DNA of 64,000 bases. It comes from a virus (taxonomy: Duplodnaviria > Caudoviricetes). The DNA is taken from positions 128 through 64,127 of the IMG/VR virus record IMGVR_UViG_3300034096_000868; one strand, written 5' to 3'. The position numbers and the translations under genes are program-made. The notes beneath the pieces were generated by a model. The model was not told where the DNA came from. It saw only the letters and a list, made by a program, of their open reading frames with translations, and did not search any database. Of this stretch, positions 58,228 through 64,000 are shown one piece after another. Positions within the stretch are counted from its first letter, which is position 1. The number at the start of each line of letters is the position of its first letter.

Positions 58228-58665
58228 ATGAACAACTTAAAAACAAAAGAAGATAGACAAGAAGCTATCAAACAAATTGAAAAAAGTTTTTTAACTACAA
58301 TCAAAAGTAATGGGCTTGAACTTTCAGAAGAAGCTGTTTGCAGAATAAACCAAAATAGTATTGAACTTGGTATTTGTGCAATAGGAAAGTATGCTGAAAA
58401 AGGTTATCAAATGGCTTTTGCATCGGCTATTGAATTGTATGCAAAAAGCTATGATGATGAACTTGGATTTGGAAGAAAAGAAAACGAAATAAACTTTGGT
58501 AGTTCTGGTTCTTTTAATCCATCTGAACGAGAAAGTTATTGGAGAACTATACACGCTGCATCTGTATTGAAAAATTGGGATATTGTTTCAGAAATTGTAA
58601 ATACCCATTGCAAAATGTATTGTGATTTGAGCAAGAAAATCTTTGAGGTAAATGTTCAATCGTAG
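58228..58665 (+). CDS. cassette B3 hypothetical protein
   Basis: 145-aa ORF filling the cassette. Confidence 0.7.
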   Translation: MNNLKTKEDRQEAIKQIEKSFLTTIKSNGLELSEEAVCRINQNSIELGICAIGKYAEKGYQMAFASAIELYAKSYDDELGFGRKENEINFGSSGSFNPSERESYWRTIHAASVLKNWDIVSEIVNTHCKMYCDLSKKIFEVNVQS

Positions 58666-58683
58666 CACGTCTGCCCTATTGCC

Positions 58684-58805
58684 TACGTTGAGCATATACG
58701 AAGGCAGGGCTTTGAAACTCAAATGCTCGTTTACTTCCGAAAGTTTAATCAACATATAAAAGCTGAAAGTTTGCACTTCTGCCCTGCTTTTGTATATGTA
58801 TTGTT
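58684..58805. repeat. attC-like hairpin B4 (junction AAC damaged)
   Basis: CATATACGAAGGCAGGGC / GCCCTGCTTTTGTATATG; arm GTTGGCAGTAGTGCT vs AGCATTACTGCCAAC. Confidence 0.8.
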
Positions 58806-58846
58806 GGCAGTAGTGCTTTTTGTCAAACTAGAATAAATTTAAGAAT

Positions 58847-59137
58847 ATGGAATTATGTAATTTTTCAAAGGCTTGGGTTGGTAATTGTAAAAATGAAAAA
58901 CCTTGCAAAGAACACGCTGAAATTAAATGCGGTTCTTGTGGTGAGCCTGCCACAAGAGAATGTGCTGAAACTGGTCAATTTGTTTGCGGTGTTCCTCTGT
59001 GTGATAATTGTGAGCATACTATCTACGAAGATGGTACAAATGGAGGTATTGGTTTTAATCAACAACGACCACACGAAGGAATGAAGTCACATTGTAAAAA
59101 GTCAGAACAAAAATTTAAAAGCTGGTATGAGCGGTAG
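58847..59137 (+). CDS. cassette B4: Cys-rich Zn-binding protein
   Basis: multiple CxxC / CxxH motifs in 96 aa. Confidence 0.7.
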   Translation: MELCNFSKAWVGNCKNEKPCKEHAEIKCGSCGEPATRECAETGQFVCGVPLCDNCEHTIYEDGTNGGIGFNQQRPHEGMKSHCKKSEQKFKSWYER

Positions 59138-59156
59138 TGTCGGTAGCATTACTGCC

Positions 59157-59237
59157 AACGTTTTGCAGATTGGCGAAGTTGCAAAATTGCGTTGGATTTG
59201 TGCGGTGGGATTTTGCAATTTTTGCCAATGTGCTGTT
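59157..59237. repeat. attC-like hairpin B5
   Basis: GCAgATTGGCGAAGTTGCAAAAT / ATTTTGCAATTTTTGCCAATgTGC; arm GTTATCAGCAGTTCT vs AGAATTGCTGATAAC. Confidence 0.85.
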
Positions 59238-59276
59238 ATCAGCAGTTCTTTTTTCACACTTAAATAATTATCAAAA

Positions 59277-59678
59277 ATGAATACATTAAAATTAACACTA
59301 AAAAAACAATGGTTTGACCTTATCAAAGAAGGTATCAAAACCGAAGAGTACAGAGAAATAAAGCCTTATTGGTTTGAAAGATTAGTTTTTCAATATGAAA
59401 AGGCTTTTAAATATTGCACTGGATATGATTACAAGCAACAACTTTATGTAAACGAAGGAATACAACATACTCTTTCTGAAAGTAAAAAATCAATGGTTGC
59501 AATGAAACCTTTTGACTTTGTAGAATTTACAAATGGATATAATTCTACAAGCCCAAAAATCACTTTAGAGTGTCAAAATATTATAATTGGGCAAGGATTA
59601 GAAGAATGGGGAGCAGTCAAGGGCGAAAGATATTTTATAATCAAACTCGGTCGTGAGGTTGGTCGGCAGAATTGCTGA
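59277..59678 (+). CDS. cassette B5: ASCH/PUA-like domain protein
   Basis: L.L.LKKQWFDLI..G.KTEEYRE.KPYW..RL ... F.NGY ... YF.I.LG. Confidence 0.8.
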   Translation: MNTLKLTLKKQWFDLIKEGIKTEEYREIKPYWFERLVFQYEKAFKYCTGYDYKQQLYVNEGIQHTLSESKKSMVAMKPFDFVEFTNGYNSTSPKITLECQNIIIGQGLEEWGAVKGERYFIIKLGREVGRQNC

Positions 59679-59679
59679 T

Positions 59680-59970
59680 AACGGTTCGCAGCTATATTTA
59701 GTTGCGGATTTAGAATCACAAATTATCAAATTAGTAATAACTTAAATAGAAAGAAAAATGTCAAAGAAACCACAGAAACCGCAATTGAATATAGCTGTTG
59801 TTAGCGGTAGTTTTTATTGGGTTCGTCCGTTCCATAAAGACGAGTTTGAACCTGCTAAATGTAAAGAACTATACGGAACAGATAAGCTATATTTTTTTTT
59901 CACAAATGGAAGTCGAATGGAAGTTGAACGTGCTTGGGAAGTAGAGCCGTTAAATTACCGCTAACGTTTT
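59680..59970 (+). repeat. exact dispersed repeat, copy 2 (cassette B6 = A5, including its hairpin 59680-59802)
   Basis: identical by eye to 18083..18373. Confidence 0.95.
59758..59964 (+). CDS. cassette B6 hypothetical protein
   Basis: identical 68-aa translation to 18161..18367. Confidence 0.7.
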   Translation: MSKKPQKPQLNIAVVSGSFYWVRPFHKDEFEPAKCKELYGTDKLYFFFTNGSRMEVERAWEVEPLNYR

Positions 59971-60084
59971 CGGGCTTTGCGTAGTAGGGGATTAAATGCA
60001 CTACGCTTGGTCTTAGCACAAATGTTTATTAGAAGCAGATAGTTTGGTTTAGCACTATCGCCCCTATTACGCAAAGCCCGTGTT
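59963..60084. repeat. attC-like hairpin B7
   Basis: CGGGCTTTGCGTAGTAGGGG / CCCCTATTACGCAAAGCCCG; arm GTTATATGAAGGTGGG vs CCCACTTTCATATAAC. Confidence 0.9.
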
Positions 60085-60180
60085 ATATGAAGGTGGGATT
60101 TTCACGCACTACACTTAAATAGAAGCACGTAAAAAGAAAAAGAAAAAATGAGCGTGGGAAACAATTTAATTTAAACAAAA

Positions 60181-60726
60181 ATGGGAACAAGAAATTTAAC
60201 AATGGTTATTAACCAAGAAGGAGAAAAGAAAGTAGCACAATACGGACAATGGGATGGTTATCCATCTGGAGTTGGGGTAGGTGTTCTTAAATTCCTTAAA
60301 GACAAAGAGGTGTTTGAAAAATTCAAAGTCAACTTATCTAAAGTGAGATTTTTAGATGAAGAAGGTGTTGATAAGGAATTTATTGAAAGCTACAATAAAA
60401 ATGCTCCACAATGGAGCAATGAACCAGACAACAGAACCGAAGAACAAAAACGTTGGTTTTCTACTTATTGCAATCGTGATTTAGCAGAAGAAGTTTTAAC
60501 CAATATCGCCAACTCTACTGACAAAGAAATTGTTTTAATGGATAGAGAAAACACCGCAAAAGGTGATGGATGGGTAGAATATTCGTATGTTATAAACTTG
60601 AAAGAAAATACGCTTGGCGTTTATGGACACATTGACCAAGAGCCAATGAAAGTTTACAAACTTGATGAACTACCTGAAGAAGATGTTTTCGTTTCTGAAT
60701 TGGAAGGAGTTGAAGAAGAAGATTAA
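60181..60726 (+). CDS. cassette B7 hypothetical protein
   Basis: MGTR......QY.QWDGYP.G.G ... EY.YVI.L motif pattern seen in phage hypothetical proteins. Confidence 0.75.
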   Translation: MGTRNLTMVINQEGEKKVAQYGQWDGYPSGVGVGVLKFLKDKEVFEKFKVNLSKVRFLDEEGVDKEFIESYNKNAPQWSNEPDNRTEEQKRWFSTYCNRDLAEEVLTNIANSTDKEIVLMDRENTAKGDGWVEYSYVINLKENTLGVYGHIDQEPMKVYKLDELPEEDVFVSELEGVEEED

Positions 60727-60800
60727 AAAGAGCGTGGGCGGATTTTTTCTTTTTCTTTCTCACGAAAGTTCAATCGAAGCACGTCTGCCCACTTTCATAT

Positions 60801-61033
60801 AACGGCATTGGGCTAAACGCAGTAGGGGTTTCCTACCTGTAAAGATGGAATGGCAGACAATTCAAGTTTAACTTTGTTCTTGATTGTTTGGACGACATCC
60901 CCCTATTGCGTTTTAACCCATGTTATAAGTCTGGTGGCGGGGCGTAGTGATTAAGGTAACAATAAGGGCAGAGTAAACTGCACAAACCCTAAATTAAATC
61001 CACTACCATTAATGCCCGCCACTTGCTTATAAC
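60801..61033 (+). other. cassette B8: ORF-less cassette with hairpin 60801-60924
   Basis: TGGGCTAAACGCAGTAGGGG / CCCCTATTGCGTTTTAACCCA; arm GTTATAAGTCTGGTGGCGGG vs CCCGCCACTTGCTTATAAC; no ATG-initiated + strand ORF over about 25 codons seen. Confidence 0.75.
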
Positions 61034-61116
61034 GGTTGGGTGTATGAGAAGGTTTGCTTGTAGAAACTTTCAAATTACAACTGAACTTAATAGCAAACTT
61101 TCTTATACACTTTGTT
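61031..61116. repeat. attC-like hairpin B9
   Basis: GTGTATGAGAAGGTTTGCT / AGCAAACTTTCTTATACAC; arm GTTATGTGTTGTTTT vs AAAATGACACATAAC. Confidence 0.85.
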
Positions 61117-61143
61117 ATGTGTTGTTTTTAAATTAAATAAAAT

Positions 61144-61371
61144 ATGGAAACAGGAAATTTAATTAAATCAACCAATTTCAACACAACACCATATTGGGTT
61201 GTAAAATGTGATAATTCAAATTTAATTGGTAATAGAAATGGTGAATTACCAATAGACCCTTTGAGTTTTAATTTTCATCCTTGGTCTATCTTAGAAAACA
61301 GAACGGTTAAATTTGAATTGGTTGAAATTGGTAGTGATGATAGATTGAAATGGTATGCTCGTCTAAAATGA
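61144..61371 (+). CDS. cassette B9 hypothetical protein
   Basis: 75-aa ORF whose stop lies in the terminal arm. Confidence 0.65.
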   Translation: METGNLIKSTNFNTTPYWVVKCDNSNLIGNRNGELPIDPLSFNFHPWSILENRTVKFELVEIGSDDRLKWYARLK

Positions 61372-61376
61372 CACAT

Positions 61377-61452
61377 AACGTTTTGCAGATAAGCGAAGGC
61401 ACAAATAGCGTTGGCTTTAGCGAGGAATTTGGGCTTTTGCTTATGTGCTGTT
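61377..61452. repeat. attC-like hairpin B10
   Basis: GCAgATAAGCGAAGGC.CAAAT / ATTTG.GCTTTTGCTTATgTGC; arm GTTAGCAGTAGGTTT vs AAACTTACTGCTAAC. Confidence 0.85.
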
Positions 61453-61497
61453 AGCAGTAGGTTTTTTAACTAATTATAAATTTAAAATAAATACAAA

Positions 61498-61731
61498 ATG
61501 GAAAATCAAGAAGTATTAAAATTCACTTGGAAAAAAGGAATTAAAGAAGTAAAACCTGCACACCCAATGGTTCAAAATTGGATGTTTACAGAAGAAACAG
61601 AAGAACAAGCAAGTTTAGCACATTATATGGCTGTTGTTGCTGAAAAGAATGGATTAACGGCAAATGATTTGCAACACTTATTCCCTGCTGTCCTTCGGAT
61701 GTTGAAAGATAGTTCAGCGTGGTCTAAGTAA
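61498..61731 (+). CDS. cassette B10 hypothetical protein
   Basis: 77-aa ORF filling the cassette. Confidence 0.65.
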   Translation: MENQEVLKFTWKKGIKEVKPAHPMVQNWMFTEETEEQASLAHYMAVVAEKNGLTANDLQHLFPAVLRMLKDSSAWSK

Positions 61732-61741
61732 ACTTACTGCT

Positions 61742-61795
61742 AACGTGTATATGTATTCAATACTCACAATTTATTAATAATCAAAAATATATATT
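61742..61795. other. candidate attI-like primary insertion site
   Basis: last AAC of array B, not followed by a hairpin, 51 bp before the integrase ATG. Confidence 0.55.
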
Positions 61796-62629
61796 ATGGA
61801 TTTTCTAAAGTATCAAAATAAATTTAGAATTGATTTAGATTTAAAATATTCTAATTCTTTGCAAACTAGAAATAATTATTTTTCTTGTGTTGTTAATTTT
61901 TTACAACATTTTAAAAATGAAAAAGAGCCTAAATCAATAAGTACTGATTCTATTAAATTATATTTGCTTTCTTTTAAAACTATAAATACTCGTAGAGCAA
62001 ACTTATGTGCAATAAAAGCATTTTACAAGCTAACTGTGAATATGCCTAATAAAATAGATAGAGTTCCTTTTCCTCAAAAAGAAAGAAGATTACCTATTAT
62101 TATAGATCAAATTGATGTACAGAAAATGTTTGATGTGTGTTCCAACTTGAAACACAAGTGTGTAATGGCAGTTCTCTATGGTACTGGAGTGAGAATATCC
62201 GAATTAATAGGCATTAAATTAAGTGATATTAGAAGAAATGAAAAGACTATTAGAATAATAGGCAAGGGGAATAAAGAAAGATTTGTGCCACTAAATGATA
62301 GCCTACTTCAATTAATAACAAATTATTGGAGAGAATATAAAACTAAAATATGGTTGTTTGAAAATGATTTATCACATACTCAATATAGCAAAAGAAGTGT
62401 TGGTTTGTTTTTAAAATCATTTAAAGAAAAAGCAAACATAAAAAGTCCAGTAAGTCCTCATAAATTCAGACACTCACACGCTACTGCATTATTAGAGCAA
62501 GGAACAGATTTAAGAATCATACAAAAGGAACTTGGACATAACTCAATAAAAACAACCCAATTATATACTCATGTATCTACAAATATTATAAGTAAAATAA
62601 ACTCACCATTAAACAATATAAACATATAA
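61796..62629 (+). CDS. tyrosine recombinase, integron-integrase-like
   Basis: catalytic R (YGTGVRISE), K (GKGNKER), HxxR (HKFRH), H (LGH), Y (TTQLYTHV); the YTHV....SPL ending resembles IntI. Confidence 0.92.
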   Translation: MDFLKYQNKFRIDLDLKYSNSLQTRNNYFSCVVNFLQHFKNEKEPKSISTDSIKLYLLSFKTINTRRANLCAIKAFYKLTVNMPNKIDRVPFPQKERRLPIIIDQIDVQKMFDVCSNLKHKCVMAVLYGTGVRISELIGIKLSDIRRNEKTIRIIGKGNKERFVPLNDSLLQLITNYWREYKTKIWLFENDLSHTQYSKRSVGLFLKSFKEKANIKSPVSPHKFRHSHATALLEQGTDLRIIQKELGHNSIKTTQLYTHVSTNIISKINSPLNNINI

Positions 62630-62631
62630 AA

Positions 62632-62928
62632 ATGAAACTAGCAAAACCAACAACTGCACTAACAGAGGTGCTTTATGAACTGCTCACAAAGAAAAGTATA
62701 AGCAATGCAGATTTGCCTTATATGTGGGGTTTCCGTTCAAGAATAAGCAATTTAACTACTAAGTATGGTATTCAGTTAAATTCTACTATGATAACTGCTA
62801 AAAATAAGCATGGTAGAGCTTATTCATACGTACAACATCAGTTAATGAAAAGAAAAGATGCTTTAAAAACCTATAATAAACTTATAGGAAATGAAAAAAA
62901 AGAAATTATCAAATATTTTAAAAAATAA
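62632..62928 (+). CDS. winged-HTH DNA-binding protein
   Basis: VLYELL...SIS.....FRSRISNL...GI.L pattern. Confidence 0.55.
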   Translation: MKLAKPTTALTEVLYELLTKKSISNADLPYMWGFRSRISNLTTKYGIQLNSTMITAKNKHGRAYSYVQHQLMKRKDALKTYNKLIGNEKKEIIKYFKK

Positions 62929-63000
62929 CCGATAGGGTATAAAATCGTACTAAATCATATAATTAACACCCTTTAGGGTACAAACTAAAACAAACAAACT

Positions 63001-63669
63001 ATGCAATATCAAAGCAAAATAAACAATATCTTAGCTGATGTTATAAGAGGAACTAGAAACGAAATACAATACACAATTACAGATGCTAATTATGATATTC
63101 ACAATATATTTAATGGTAAAGTAACCCCAGAAATACTAGAAAAAACAAGCACTATTGATTATTTAATCAATGAATCTTGTTCAGTATTTGGCATACAAGA
63201 TAGAGAAGAAATATTTAGTCCATCTAGGAAAAGAGCTAGGGTATTAGCTAGACAAACTTGTATGTATTTGCTAGACAAATATAGAGCTGGAACTTTAGAG
63301 CAAATAGGTAGAATGTTTGGAGGTCGAGACCATTCAACAGTTATTCATAGCAAAAATGCAATTCAAAATATAATTGATGTTGAAGATGCTTTTTATGATA
63401 AGGTTGCATTAGTAGAAGAGAGACTTGTTGAATACATGAACTCGTCTAATAAGGCAATAAATGTAACAGAATTAACGCCACCAAAACCACCTTTTAACAT
63501 ACATTTGCTTGTTGAAAAAATAAATCAAATTAGACATAAGCAATTATTTTCAGTAGACCCTGAATTAATAAAATCTAGTAAAATTGAAAAAGGTACGTGT
63601 GATATAATTTTGTCTTTAATAAAAGAAATAAGTAATGAACAAGAGGCAACTATACTATCAAGCAAATAA
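63001..63669 (+). CDS. protein with a DnaA C-terminal (domain IV) HTH
   Basis: SRKR..V.ARQ..MYL......TL..IG..FGGRDHSTV.HS; no AAA+ domain. Confidence 0.85.
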   Translation: MQYQSKINNILADVIRGTRNEIQYTITDANYDIHNIFNGKVTPEILEKTSTIDYLINESCSVFGIQDREEIFSPSRKRARVLARQTCMYLLDKYRAGTLEQIGRMFGGRDHSTVIHSKNAIQNIIDVEDAFYDKVALVEERLVEYMNSSNKAINVTELTPPKPPFNIHLLVEKINQIRHKQLFSVDPELIKSSKIEKGTCDIILSLIKEISNEQEATILSSK

Positions 63670-63898
63670 AGAACGAATAAAAGCAAAGCAAAGGGAATGG
63701 AGAGCTAAAAATCCAGACTTGGTATATGCAAGTAAAGTTCATTTTAGAGCAAAATATCAAAAAGAATTACATGATGTTTACATTAAGGAAGTGCTAGTGA
63801 ATAGAAAAGGATACAAACGCTCTGAAATAACTCCAGAACTTATCGAAATTCAAAGAAATATTATAAAACTAAGTAGATATGTTAAACGAACTAAATAA
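63635..63898 (+). CDS. basic hypothetical protein
   Basis: YYQANKERI...REW..KNP and L.D.YI..L.......I.PELIE..R patterns. Confidence 0.6.
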   Translation: MNKRQLYYQANKERIKAKQREWRAKNPDLVYASKVHFRAKYQKELHDVYIKEVLVNRKGYKRSEITPELIEIQRNIIKLSRYVKRTK

Positions 63899-64000
63899 AG
63901 CCTTATTAGGGCAAATAAAGAAAATTGAATCTGAAAAGAATTTAGATACAGAGGTGTTAAAATCAAAAGAAATTTGTAGATTGAGCAATCAAGTTATAAA

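Larger units (their letters stand above)
56881..61744 (+). mobile_element. integron-like cassette array B (10 cassettes) adjacent to a tyrosine recombinase
   Basis: AAC junctions at 56881, 57580, 58086, (58684 degenerate), 59157, 59680, 59963, 60801, 61031, 61377, 61742; matching GTT at 56995, 57700, 58174, 58803, 59235, 59800, 60082, 60922, 61114, 61450. Confidence 0.92.

Noticed and set aside
56881-61744. CRISPR array or simple terminator series as an explanation of the repeated hairpins
   Set aside because: Repeats are not identical, spacing is gene-sized, and no cas genes are seen. The hairpins lack U tracts, precede genes, and are paired with cassette-specific terminal arms.
61796-62629. 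Ordinary prophage integrase marking a prophage boundary
   Set aside because: Phage genes continue on both sides, there is no arm-binding N-terminal extension or host DNA, and the gene directly abuts the cassette array. A dual role is not excluded.
1-64000. Stop-codon reassignment as in some crAss-like phages; tRNA or rRNA genes
   Set aside because: Long genes are intact under the standard bacterial code and TAA, TAG and TGA all serve as stops. I recognised no tRNA cloverleaf or rRNA by eye, but tRNAscan was not run.

Overview
This AT-rich window is most of a Bacteroidota-infecting tailed phage genome. The host is inferred from recurrent TTTG...TAnnTTTG promoters and a DUF3127-type SSB. The virion module looks crAss-like or podoviral: terminase, portal, a 490-aa major capsid protein, ring and muzzle proteins, and very large cargo proteins. 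Also present are a minus-strand tail-fibre/holin block, a replication-initiator module, Rad52-like SSAP plus exonuclease, a RuvC-like nuclease, and an intein-containing C5 methyltransferase. The main discovery is a phage-borne integron-like gene-cassette system. Two arrays (A: 16087-19504, 6 cassettes; B: 56881-61744, 10 cassettes) are built from units of the form AAC-[hairpin]-GTT-arm...gene...arm'-AAC. Array B ends 51 bp upstream of an IntI-like tyrosine recombinase that appears to lack the IntI-specific insertion. One 283-bp cassette occurs identically in both arrays, with boundaries at the AAC, which fixes the unit and crossover. The genes are inverted relative to classical integrons. Other signals are a complete type I hammerhead ribozyme (51174-51229), a dif-like XerCD site, three copies of a 19-bp operator palindrome, and a cargo-protein domain split around a free-standing homing endonuclease. 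All family calls come from motif recognition by eye; no database searches were run.
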